A stretch of DNA of 64,000 bases from an uncultured Bacteroidales bacterium (GCA_937915785.1 CALGGY010000155.1:8458-72457), one strand, 5' to 3'. Counted from the first letter of the stretch, positions 29,426 through 38,102 are shown. Translations and numbers: made by a program. Notes: generated by a model from the sequence alone, not told the origin.

Positions 29426-30694
29426 ATGAACCCGTTGAAAATCGTCGCACTGACCATTGCCACCCTGCTTATGAGCTTGGCAACGGCCCAAAACACAGAG
29501 CCTTACGTAGATGATGAGGACTGCGGCTGCGACCTTTATTTCATCAACGGCATACAAAAGACATACAGCAACGGCAAATTCGGGTTCAAACGCGCCGACG
29601 GTACCATTATAGCTCCCAACATCTACATCGAAACCGACCGTTTCCAAAACGGGTACTGCAAAGTGTGGCTCGAAGCCGGCAAATGCGGACTTATCGACTC
29701 CACCGGCCGCGAGGTTATACCCTGCCAGTACGCCGACATCGACTATTTCAGCTGCGGGCTGGCACGATTTTTCCAGAACTCCCGTTACGGTTTCCTCGAC
29801 ACCGCCGGCAAAGTGGCCATACCTGCCACCTACGTGGCGGCTTCGGCATTTTTCGAGGACAAGGCCGTGGTGGCCGTCATCACCGACAGTTTCGGCAATC
29901 TGGGCTACGGATTTATCGACAAGCAAAACACCCTTGTGGTGCCCGCCACCTACGAGTACGCCATGCCCTACACCGAGAGTCTGGCCGCCGTGAAAGCCTA
30001 CGACCGCTGGGGATTTATTGACCACACTGGCCGCGAGGTGCTGCCAATAAAATACGAGCTTTTAGGGCAGATGCAGAACGGATACACTTTTGCTGTATAT
30101 AACGGCGACGCAGCCCTTATTGGCAAAGACCTGAAACCCATAACACCCTTTATCTACGAGGACATGCAACGTGTGAGCGAGGGTTTGTGCGCCGTAAAAA
30201 AAGATGGTCTGTGGGGATTTATCAACACCCGGGGCAAAACCGTGGTAGCGTGCCAATACGCACGGGTGAGCAGTTTCAGCCACGGGCTGGCCATGGTCAG
30301 CGACGGGTCGCTCTTCGGCATAATAAACAAACGCGGAAAACAAGTGCTGCCAATGGAATACGGCCCCGCCGGCGAGCGCTCTAACGCCTACATGCTGCGC
30401 GACGGGCTGGCACTGGTGGAGCAGGGAGGCCGCTATGGCTTTGTGAACGCCAAAGGCAAATTTGTGGTGCCGATGCAATACACCAACGCCTACCCTTTCA
30501 GCGAGGGAATGGCCGCCGTACGCGATGGAGTTTGGTGGGGATATATCGACACCACGGGGAAAATTGTGATTCCCGCCAAATACGAGTCGGCGGGATATTT
30601 CGAGAGCGGACGCGCCGAAGTGATGCTCAACGGCGTGATACACATGATAGACAAAAACGGAAAATGCGTGAAAAACTGTAAAAAGTTAAGATAA
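29426..30694 (+). CDS. WG-repeat (KWG) containing secreted protein
   Basis: The 422-aa ORF repeats the G..GFID..G..V.P..Y unit at least 9 times (for example WGFIDHTGREVLPIKYE and YGFVNAKGKFVVPMQY). Confidence 0.85.
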   Translation: MNPLKIVALTIATLLMSLATAQNTEPYVDDEDCGCDLYFINGIQKTYSNGKFGFKRADGTIIAPNIYIETDRFQNGYCKVWLEAGKCGLIDSTGREVIPCQYADIDYFSCGLARFFQNSRYGFLDTAGKVAIPATYVAASAFFEDKAVVAVITDSFGNLGYGFIDKQNTLVVPATYEYAMPYTESLAAVKAYDRWGFIDHTGREVLPIKYELLGQMQNGYTFAVYNGDAALIGKDLKPITPFIYEDMQRVSEGLCAVKKDGLWGFINTRGKTVVACQYARVSSFSHGLAMVSDGSLFGIINKRGKQVLPMEYGPAGERSNAYMLRDGLALVEQGGRYGFVNAKGKFVVPMQYTNAYPFSEGMAAVRDGVWWGYIDTTGKIVIPAKYESAGYFESGRAEVMLNGVIHMIDKNGKCVKNCKKLR

Positions 30695-31111
30695 ATGGCT
30701 GACATCGCAGAACATAAAGGGATAATAACAAAAATCACCGACGAAACCGTGAGCGTTACCATTGAGCAGGTTTCGGCCTGCGGCTCGTGCCATGCCCGCA
30801 CATTGTGCTCCATGTCCGATAAAACCGACAAGATAATCGACGTGGAACGGACACGAATAAAAACCGAACCCCATCTTGGCGACGAAGTTACCGTGGTGGC
30901 CTCGGCCGACAAGGGACTTTTAGCCGTAGTGCTGGCTTACATCGTTCCAGCCATCATCGCAGTGGCCGCAGTTGCCATAGCACTTTCGATTGGAAGCAAC
31001 GAGCTGGTGGCATCCATCGTGGCACTTGCACTTGTGGCAGCCTATTACGGGGTGCTTTATTTGATGCGACAAAAGCTGAACAAAAAATTCGTATTCACCA
31101 TAAAGGACTAA
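30695..31111 (+). CDS. RseC/MucC (SoxR-reducing system) family protein
   Basis: The 138-aa ORF has the N-terminal Cys cluster ACGSCHARTLC followed by two TM helices. Its start abuts the stop of the WG-repeat gene. Confidence 0.8.
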   Translation: MADIAEHKGIITKITDETVSVTIEQVSACGSCHARTLCSMSDKTDKIIDVERTRIKTEPHLGDEVTVVASADKGLLAVVLAYIVPAIIAVAAVAIALSIGSNELVASIVALALVAAYYGVLYLMRQKLNKKFVFTIKD

Positions 31112-31120
31112 TTTTCAGCA

Positions 31121-31158
31121 ACAAAAAAAACGGGAGCACCTAACGCATCCCGTTTTGG
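31121..31158. terminator. Bidirectional terminator hairpin between convergent genes
   Basis: An A8 run is followed by cggga (31131-31135), a loop, tcccg (31148-31152) and then TTTT. The element reads as stem plus U-run on both strands. Confidence 0.6.
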
Positions 31159-31175
31159 TTCAATCCAGCCTAAAT

Positions 31176-31925
31176 TCAACAAATGATTGCAACACTATTT
31201 GAAAAAAAGGGTGTGTATGCCACCCAAACTTCAAATGAGAAAAGGCAAAAAGCCGATACACCCTTGTTTGCGAAAAAATGGAACAACAAAAAAAACGGGA
31301 GCACCGAAAGCGCTCCCGTCATGGTCCAATTCAGGGAAAAAAACGGCATCCACCTTACCAAGTGGTAATTTTCGGGATGTTCCGTGTCGATAGTGTTTCC
31401 GGGTATGCGTTTGCCTTCCACATCGGCCACTATGTCTTTAAACACCGTCCAATCGCGGTCCTTCAGGCCTATGCCGACAAAAAACAGCGACTTGCGGTTT
31501 TGGCGTTGGATACCATTTTGCCCCATTCTTTCGGCGTATAGTTTCACCGCCGAGTCGTAAGATGCTTCGTCGTCGAAGAAATACCAAGTTTGGCACAACC
31601 CTTTCCATTCGTCGAGGTTACCGTCGTCTTTAAATCCCTCAATTACAAGATATTGACGCGGCGCCTTGATTGGCAGGTCGCAAAAGCCAAGTTCGTTGCC
31701 TTCATATTTGATAACAATACGGTTGTTGTCGATGGTTATGCCCACGGCATCGGCCTCGGCAATGTACTGTTCTTCATCCGAAACGGCAGAGGCCACCTGT
31801 TCTTGGGCAGTGGCACTCTCTGTGTCGTTGGCAGGTTCGGTGTTCTCGGTGCTGCCGGCTCCTCCGCAGGCGGTTGCCATCGCAAAAGATGCCACGCACA
31901 CAAATGCAAGATATGTGTTTTTCAT
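31176..31925 (-). CDS. Lipoprotein of unknown function; the 3' end reads through terminator-like hairpins
   Basis: The 249-aa ORF has the lipoprotein signal FVCVASFAMATAC. The last ~55 aa are F/L-rich because they translate T-runs and hairpins (see findings). Confidence 0.65.
   Translation of the reverse strand: MKNTYLAFVCVASFAMATACGGAGSTENTEPANDTESATAQEQVASAVSDEEQYIAEADAVGITIDNNRIVIKYEGNELGFCDLPIKAPRQYLVIEGFKDDGNLDEWKGLCQTWYFFDDEASYDSAVKLYAERMGQNGIQRQNRKSLFFVGIGLKDRDWTVFKDIVADVEGKRIPGNTIDTEHPENYHLVRWMPFFSLNWTMTGALSVLPFFLLFHFFANKGVSAFCLFSFEVWVAYTPFFSNSVAIIC
31288..31319 (-). terminator. Terminator-like hairpin located inside the 3' end of CDS 31176..31925
   Basis: An 8-bp stem pairs acgggagc (31295-31302) with gctcccgt (31312-31319). 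The plus-strand A8 (31288-31295) becomes a U8 tail on the minus RNA. The 22-nt block caacaaaaaaaacgggagcacc is shared with 31119-31140. Confidence 0.4.
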
Positions 31926-31953
31926 TGAAATGTTTTTTTGTGGTTTGAAACTA

Positions 31954-32406
31954 TTATTTCACTTGCTCAAGGGTGTGGCGTTCGTAACGCACTTCAATAG
32001 TTAGTTTGCCTTCGTCGATATAGAACGAGCCGGGGTCCACACGTTTGCCGTAGTTCACGGTGCCACGCTCGTCCTCGTAGGTGTAGGTGCCCGAAAGTTT
32101 GTCGGAAACCGAGTTGTCCACATTGCCACTTTTGTCGTAGCCGGTGATGGTGAAGGTGCTCTCGCCGTTCTGGCCAAAGGTAAGCACGTACTCGTAGCGG
32201 CTCACTTCGGGATCGCTGATATCCTCACGGCATTTCCATGTGGTACCAGCCAGCGAGTTGTCGGCGGGAGCCTGGCTTTTCACCTCCTGTTGGGCGGTTT
32301 CGGTGTTCTCTGCGTTATCTGCGGTAGCGTTGGTGTTTCCGTTTCCGCAAGCGGCGGCCAAGGCAAGGCCTGCCATGCACATCAGTGCCAAATACATTCT
32401 TTTCAT
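31954..32406 (-). CDS. Small lipoprotein of unknown function
   Basis: The 150-aa ORF has the lipoprotein signal LMCMAGLALAAAC. The predicted mature part is beta-rich. Confidence 0.72.
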   Translation of the reverse strand: MKRMYLALMCMAGLALAAACGNGNTNATADNAENTETAQQEVKSQAPADNSLAGTTWKCREDISDPEVSRYEYVLTFGQNGESTFTITGYDKSGNVDNSVSDKLSGTYTYEDERGTVNYGKRVDPGSFYIDEGKLTIEVRYERHTLEQVK

Positions 32407-32466
32407 TACAATAATTTTTTGATATTAAACAATTTGTGAATTAAAAATCAAACACGTTCACAACAC

Positions 32467-32991
32467 TCACTGCTGTTGGTTTTTTACAAGACGCACACTA
32501 AGATGGTGACAAAAACCACTGTTTTTCACATCTATTTCCGAAACAGTGAACCACAAGTCCCATGCGAAGTTTTCCTCTATTTCGAAGGCTGTGGAGCGAG
32601 ACCAGTAAAAACCCAGCTCCCCAACTCTGCGCAGATCGTCCACACAATCGACATATCCTGCGGCGGGCATAAAAATGGCATTGCCGTTGGGACCGGTGAT
32701 GTCGTAACCCTTTTCGGATGCGTTCCACCGCCAGTCGCACTCGTCGGTAAGTTCGTCGAACTGTGCTTTGGTGGGCATCGAATCGCCAAAGGCCGCAATT
32801 GCAGCATTGAAATTATAGACACCATCTTCGTTCACCGTTTTCCAAAGGGTACCGCTTGGCAAGCCTAGATCCACGTAACCCACGGTTGTTGTTTGGGGAA
32901 CATCGTTCTTGTTGTCGTCGGTACAAGCCGCAATTGCGCCGAAAGCCACAATCGAGGCCATGCACAGAAGGGCAAAAATTGCCTTTTTCAT
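32467..32991 (-). CDS. Lipoprotein resembling the FISUMP/DUF1566-type family
   Basis: The 174-aa ORF has the lipobox AIAAC. The motifs VDLGLPSGTLW, MPTKAQFDEL, IFMPAAGY and GFYWSRS match the pattern common in Bacteroidales paralogous lipoproteins. The family name is from memory. Confidence 0.72.
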   Translation of the reverse strand: MKKAIFALLCMASIVAFGAIAACTDDNKNDVPQTTTVGYVDLGLPSGTLWKTVNEDGVYNFNAAIAAFGDSMPTKAQFDELTDECDWRWNASEKGYDITGPNGNAIFMPAAGYVDCVDDLRRVGELGFYWSRSTAFEIEENFAWDLWFTVSEIDVKNSGFCHHLSVRLVKNQQQ

Positions 32992-33674
32992 CTGGATTGT
33001 TTTTTAGTTGTTTGGGATTTCTGTTGTTTTTGTTTCATCATCTGCATAAGGTCTTCTGGATTTACTTTCTCGCCCTGCTGATATTTTTTCTGAAGCTCCT
33101 CAAACAGGCCCGATGTTCCGGAAACCTCGGTCTTATAGCCTTCGGGCAACTGGAAAAGTGAGGCATCCTGTTCGCCCAGCTCTATGTTTATCGTCTTCAC
33201 GTAGTCGCACTTTTCGTAAAGCACAATGCCCGTTTCCATGTCGGTGTACCACTTGCTGTCGCCGGAGATGTCGCACCAGCGTCCTTGCCACACTTCCACC
33301 CGCTTGGACTCTCGCGTGTCGGCGATGGCGCCTGACAAGCGCATCTGCACACGGCAAGCCTTAGCCTTGTGGTCTATCACATAAACGGTAACCACTGGCT
33401 TTCCGTCCACAGTTTCGGGTATCTGCAAGGTAACTTGGCCCGTGGAGATGTTTTTGTTGTACTCGCGGTGAGTTTTGGCGTCGTAATACACCTCAACTTT
33501 CATTCCGCTGCCTTCGTACACTTTCATGGCTTTGTAAGAGTATGGTCGCCCCACGTTCAAAACCATGGGCTTTGCCGCTTTTTCGTTGACGGGAAGACCG
33601 TGCTGATACTGTGCGCTGGCTGAAACGCCGAACAGTGCGGCAACAGCCACGAGAAACATTTTTTTCATTTTCAT
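32988..33674 (-). CDS. Secreted protein of unknown function with a K/Q-rich C-terminal tail
   Basis: The 228-aa ORF has the signal peptide MKMKKMFLVAVAALFGVSASAQ. Its TGA stop overlaps the ATG of the next gene (an ATGA overlap at 32988-32991). Confidence 0.72.
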   Translation of the reverse strand: MKMKKMFLVAVAALFGVSASAQYQHGLPVNEKAAKPMVLNVGRPYSYKAMKVYEGSGMKVEVYYDAKTHREYNKNISTGQVTLQIPETVDGKPVVTVYVIDHKAKACRVQMRLSGAIADTRESKRVEVWQGRWCDISGDSKWYTDMETGIVLYEKCDYVKTINIELGEQDASLFQLPEGYKTEVSGTSGLFEELQKKYQQGEKVNPEDLMQMMKQKQQKSQTTKKQSR

Positions 33675-33845
33675 GACAATAAAAATTTAGAATTAAACAA
33701 TGATTTGCAGAACAGACAGCTCCGCCTACGGACGGATTGCAAACAGCATTTAGCCCGCAAACGACCCGAAGGACCTTTTGCAGGCATTGCCGAAAACTTG
33801 CCTAAACCATTATCGGTTATAAAGTTACAAGATAAAACATCTGGT

Positions 33846-33856
33846 GGGGGGGGGGG
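33846..33856. repeat. G11 homopolymer (C11 on the transcribed minus strand) in an intergenic leader
   Basis: Read directly as ctggt-GGGGGGGGGGG-acaaaat. It lies 172 nt upstream of the ATG at 33674. Confidence 0.9.
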
Positions 33857-33925
33857 ACAAAATACTGAAACTCAGACATTTACCAATGAAAGAATTGGCG
33901 TTATCCAGTCCAAGTCGATATGTTT

Positions 33926-33933
33926 CAAATTTA
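33926..33933 (-). promoter_or_regulatory. Candidate -7 promoter box (TAAATTTG on the minus strand) upstream of the C11 tract
   Basis: Matches TAnnTTTG, with 69 nt between the box and the homopolymer. Confidence 0.35.
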
Positions 33934-34057
33934 TACATTTTTGCCTACAGCATTTTACAACTGCAAAAATACACTTTTTTTTCAAAATTTCAGCGATTTT
34001 TAACTTGTTTTGCAAAAAAAATTACAAACAGAATATAAACAGCTGATAAAGAGCGCA

Positions 34058-35578
34058 TTATTCACTTTTACGTTTTCTGATTTTGGCAAACATAGCGTCG
34101 GCAATGGCATTGGCGTCGGGCGAGATATTGAGTTTGTAAACAGCCACTGCCCCCAAACTTCCAACGATAAGGGTGCGATAAACACCGTCGGCAACGGCAT
34201 TTCCAAGATCGGGAAGCAGCATATCGATGACAACACCAGCCAAAAGCACCAGAACCATGTACAGATGTTTTATGGTAAAGGGGTGTATCTTAAGTTTCCA
34301 ATACACGAACAATGTAAGTACCACAGCCACAAACACGTAAGTGATAATTTTGGCCAATGCCCCACCCGTCATGTCCATCACCGGGAGCAGAAAATAGTTG
34401 CCCGCAATGCCGAGTGCCGAGAGCAACAACAAAAACGGCAGATAGTACAGGTAGTATCGCGAAAGCTGCAGCACATACAGGTTGAACATAAAGGTAACGT
34501 TCACCAGATTGGCCAGAGCTATGAAAATCATCACATTGCGGCCGCTGCGATAGGTCTCGCCATTGGGTATGAGGTCGAAAATATTGTCGCGGTTGAGGTA
34601 TATCAGCAGAAAAATGGCCGAGCCGATAAGCAGCATGTTGATAGACACCTTTTTAAGCAGTTGCGAAAGTGCCGCCCGGTCGTTGTTTTTTATCGCCTCG
34701 GATGCGATGGGCTGAGCAATGGCAAACAGCGAGCGCGAGGGTATCTCCACTATAACGCCCATAAACAGCGCCACACGGTAGATGCCCAGCTTGGCCAGGC
34801 CCAGCACGCCACCAACCATAAAAGTGTCTATCTTAATCATTATGGTTGAGCCGATTACGGCCAGCAGCGTGTAGCACGAGTAGCGGGCTATCTGCCGGCG
34901 CAGCTCCGGCGACACGTAGCTGATGTCGTGTTTCAACGTAAGTTTGCCAATGCGCGAAATGTAGAACAGGTTTACCAGCATGGCCGCCCCGTAAACCATA
35001 ACCTGCAGAGCTATAAGCCATTGCAAATTGATAATTTTGAACCCGAAGAGCACAAAAATAACCATGTTGAGCACCCGCACCAGCACCTCCTGCACAAACC
35101 GCGGCACCACCACGCGCATCAGCACGTTGGAGTAGGTGGCAAACACACTTTGGTAGGCAAAGAAAAAGGCCAGCGGAAAAATCCAGTAGAAATAATCGAC
35201 AAAAAGCGAGGCGTTGTCGCTGAAATAACTGATTATTGAAGACTTGAAAATGATGGCCAGCGAAAAGAAAATGGCAAAGCCGATGAGCGGAACCACCAGC
35301 AGGTAGAAGAAAAAACCATTGTGGGTGCCGTCCTTCGACTTGAAGAAAGGGAAAAACTTAATTCCCGCCGAGCTGATGCCCATCATGCTGAAGCTGCCGA
35401 GCAGGGTGCCGGCCTCCACCACCACGCCGATGAGGCCGTACACCTCGTTATCCATCAGGGCGGTAACGATGAACAGAGTGTTCACAAAGCCGATAAAAGC
35501 GCCCAAATAACTCAATACCGACCCTTTGATGCTCTGTCGCGCAACGATACCCATGGCAAGAAGGAAAAACGATTGCAA
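34058..35578 (-). CDS. Oligosaccharide/polysaccharide flippase family (Wzx/MOP-type) membrane protein
   Basis: The 506-aa polytopic protein has an N-terminus (ARQSIKGSVLSYLGAFIGFVNTLFI) typical of the Bacteroidota polysaccharide biosynthesis protein family. Confidence 0.83.
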   Translation of the reverse strand: MQSFFLLAMGIVARQSIKGSVLSYLGAFIGFVNTLFIVTALMDNEVYGLIGVVVEAGTLLGSFSMMGISSAGIKFFPFFKSKDGTHNGFFFYLLVVPLIGFAIFFSLAIIFKSSIISYFSDNASLFVDYFYWIFPLAFFFAYQSVFATYSNVLMRVVVPRFVQEVLVRVLNMVIFVLFGFKIINLQWLIALQVMVYGAAMLVNLFYISRIGKLTLKHDISYVSPELRRQIARYSCYTLLAVIGSTIMIKIDTFMVGGVLGLAKLGIYRVALFMGVIVEIPSRSLFAIAQPIASEAIKNNDRAALSQLLKKVSINMLLIGSAIFLLIYLNRDNIFDLIPNGETYRSGRNVMIFIALANLVNVTFMFNLYVLQLSRYYLYYLPFLLLLSALGIAGNYFLLPVMDMTGGALAKIITYVFVAVVLTLFVYWKLKIHPFTIKHLYMVLVLLAGVVIDMLLPDLGNAVADGVYRTLIVGSLGAVAVYKLNISPDANAIADAMFAKIRKRKSE

Positions 35579-35608
35579 ACGCCTGAGGCGATGCTGGTTA
35601 AAGAATTA

Positions 35609-36628
35609 TCAATTGTTGTTTTCCTGCAGCAGGTAGTTCACCATTTTCACAAGGTCGGCGTCTTTCTTTTCGTCGATAAAAATGTTGAAATTCGACTTCG
35701 GCGTAAGCACAAGTATGGTGCGGCCTTCGGGGTCCTTTTCAAAACCCTTGATGCAGTCGGTGGCGGCCACCACTTTGTTTTTGCGATCGACAATGACAAA
35801 GTTTTCTGTGCCTATCTTGTCGGCGAAACTGTCGAAATCCTCGTTGGAGGAGAGTTGCTTGCCGTCGCGGAGGAAAATGGTGGTGTGCGAGGTGCCGGAC
35901 TTGTGGAAATAGGCAATTTCCTTGGTGGAGATAAACCTCGGCACGTCGGTGGCAAGTATCAGCACCTTGCGGTCTATCAGCATGGCGTCGCGCCAAGTTT
36001 CTTTTACCGACAGGGTACCCTTGATCCAGCGTTTCCACTCGCCCACGCGCAGTGCGTTTTCAAACTGGCCTTCTTTCACCTTTTTGCCATTGGCGTATTC
36101 GGCCATGGGACCGTGAAGCAGACCTTCCACATAGTGCATTTCCACGTATCCCTCGCGGGTAACGCGGCGGGCATAGCCATGACGTTTGTTGTCCTTCCAT
36201 GTAAAGATTTCGAGGGTGTCGCCTTCGGGCGAGAAAGTGTAGAACGTGCCCCACTTAACGCCCATGCGGTAACGGTTTATCTTCACCAGAGCGCCGTCCT
36301 CGTTGTATATATGCCACACGCTGTCGCGGTTTTTCTGGTTGTAGAAACCTGTGGCCAAAAGATGCCCTTTTTCGGAATAAACCTCGTGGCTGCAGTAGCG
36401 GCCGTCGGGGGTGAAGTTGTTTTTCATGCGCACGGCACCGCTGGGATAGTAGTAAATGAAAGTGCCCGTCTCATGGTCGTCCTTGAAAGTGCCTTCGTAT
36501 ATCTTGCGGTTGTTCTTGTCCACCTTGGTCCATGGGCCTTGGCGACGTCCCTGTTTGTCAATTTGGTTCTGGGCAACAGCCAGCAACGGCAGCATGGAAA
36601 TTATCAAAACTATGATTTTCAACTTCAT
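35609..36628 (-). CDS. MORN-repeat-variant (YwqK-family) secreted protein with an unassigned C-terminal domain
   Basis: The 339-aa ORF has a signal peptide and repeated G.W..Y..G units (QGPWTKVDKNNRKIYEGTF, HGYARRVTREGYVEMHYVEGLLHGPMAEY, VGEWKRW). Confidence 0.82.
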   Translation of the reverse strand: MKLKIIVLIISMLPLLAVAQNQIDKQGRRQGPWTKVDKNNRKIYEGTFKDDHETGTFIYYYPSGAVRMKNNFTPDGRYCSHEVYSEKGHLLATGFYNQKNRDSVWHIYNEDGALVKINRYRMGVKWGTFYTFSPEGDTLEIFTWKDNKRHGYARRVTREGYVEMHYVEGLLHGPMAEYANGKKVKEGQFENALRVGEWKRWIKGTLSVKETWRDAMLIDRKVLILATDVPRFISTKEIAYFHKSGTSHTTIFLRDGKQLSSNEDFDSFADKIGTENFVIVDRKNKVVAATDCIKGFEKDPEGRTILVLTPKSNFNIFIDEKKDADLVKMVNYLLQENNN

Positions 36629-36670
36629 AACGTCTGGTTTTTTCGTTATACTATATTATATTACAAACTG

Positions 36671-36678
36671 CAAAGATA
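36671..36678 (-). promoter_or_regulatory. Bacteroidota -7 promoter box (TATCTTTG on the minus strand)
   Basis: Matches TAnnTTTG 43 nt upstream of the ATG at 36628. Confidence 0.4.
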
Positions 36679-36927
36679 CATATAAAATTCGACAAAAAAA
36701 AATTTTTTTACACCGCCAACTTTCACATGCTGGCACAGATTTTGCAAACAAAACAACAACAACAAATGCCGCAAAAACAATCCAACAAGCATACATACAA
36801 AACAAACAAAGCGAAAAGCCTTTTCTGTGGAAGACAAAGAGCAAGCCGAAACAAACTGTCTATCAACACCTTAGACAAACACCAAGAAAAAAAACAAAAA
36901 AAAATGCACTGATATTATTTTTTTTCG

Positions 36928-36935
36928 TAATTTTG
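36928..36935 (+). promoter_or_regulatory. Bacteroidota -7 promoter box (TAATTTTG)
   Basis: Matches TAnnTTTG 78 nt upstream of the ATG at 37013. The leader is strongly A-rich. Confidence 0.4.
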
Positions 36936-37012
36936 CAGATTGAAAATTTACAAATAGTAGATTTTTCACTTGACACGAAATAAAGTAATTACAAAACAAA
37001 AAACACAAAAAA

Positions 37013-37630
37013 ATGAAAAAGTATTTTAGATTTTTCGGTCTGGCTCTTTTGGCAGCCGGCATGTTCGCCTTCACCGCTTGCGGCGATGACGATGAAAGCA
37101 AAGAAGATGTATTGGTAGCCGAAGACGGCGTTACAGTAACTTTCGGCGACTACACATGGTCGGCCAACTATTTCGAAGGTGCTACCACTCGTCAGACCAG
37201 CGGTTTGACCAGCGGCAGATATTTTGCCATCTACGCTACCCCGAACCAAAGCATTGGATATATTCCTATTACGAAAGACGGAGAGCGAGTTGGCTCGGCT
37301 TATTGCACCTACCCAATGCTTTATGTAATGGGCGAAGCTAAAAACGGCATCAGCAGCAGCGACGAAATGTACATCCAATACTACGAAAAGGCTGAGAACA
37401 CCTACGCTTTTGAAGATGAAGAAGATGAAACTTGGGATCTTTACGGCTGGGAAAACGACAAAAACATGAAAGTTTCCGTTACCGACTGGAACAGCTCCAC
37501 ATTTGTAATCTCCGGCACTGTGAAAGGCACTCTCTATGAAATCAATGACGAAGGCACTCACACTGGTGTAACAAAAGACCTGAACGTGGTTTTCAAAAAC
37601 ATCACTCTTGAAGACAAAGACGCTGAATAA
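37013..37630 (+). CDS. Lipoprotein of unknown function
   Basis: The 205-aa ORF has the lipobox MFAFTAC and an A-rich translation initiation region. Confidence 0.72.
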   Translation: MKKYFRFFGLALLAAGMFAFTACGDDDESKEDVLVAEDGVTVTFGDYTWSANYFEGATTRQTSGLTSGRYFAIYATPNQSIGYIPITKDGERVGSAYCTYPMLYVMGEAKNGISSSDEMYIQYYEKAENTYAFEDEEDETWDLYGWENDKNMKVSVTDWNSSTFVISGTVKGTLYEINDEGTHTGVTKDLNVVFKNITLEDKDAE

Positions 37631-37677
37631 TAAAAACAGACAAAGATAATTAATAACATTTTAAACACAAAGAAATC

Positions 37678-38082
37678 ATGAAAAAAGCTTTTCGTTTAGT
37701 AGCCCTTTCGGCTTTGGTTATGGGTCTTGCAGTGGCTTGCAACAACAACCAGCCCACCGAAGCAGTTGTTGACAGTGTAGTGGAAGAAGAAATCGACTCC
37801 ATAGTGGAAGACATCTCTATCGACTCCGCTCTGGTGGTTGAAGAAGAACCTGTGGCAACTCCCGCTCCAGAAAAAAAGAAAACCACTACAACAGCAAAGA
37901 AAACCAACACCACCGAGGTGAAAGTGAACAAGGACGCTCTCAAACAAAACAACGCTTCGGAAGTTGTTAATATCAACACCAACGAACCCGTTAAAGCCGT
38001 TGAAGCCACAACCACTGCTACAAAAGAAGCAGCTGACCTCAACAAGAAAGCTACAAAAGCCAACAAAAAACTGAAAAAATAA
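37678..38082 (+). CDS. Small lipoprotein, low-complexity (acidic N-terminal half, T/K-rich C-terminal half)
   Basis: The 134-aa ORF has the lipobox GLAVAC. Its sequence is dominated by E/V/D and then T/K/A/N. A strong terminator follows. Confidence 0.68.
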   Translation: MKKAFRLVALSALVMGLAVACNNNQPTEAVVDSVVEEEIDSIVEDISIDSALVVEEEPVATPAPEKKKTTTTAKKTNTTEVKVNKDALKQNNASEVVNINTNEPVKAVEATTTATKEAADLNKKATKANKKLKK

Positions 38083-38102
38083 GACTTCGCAAAATCTTAT
38101 TG

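Noticed and set aside
33705-34046. A 113-aa plus-strand ORF, and the overlapping ORF 33844..34038, in the intergenic region containing the G11 tract.
   Set aside because: The poly-G simply translates as GGGGG. There is no start context, motif or coding-like composition. The region is better explained as promoter and leader for the minus-strand cluster.
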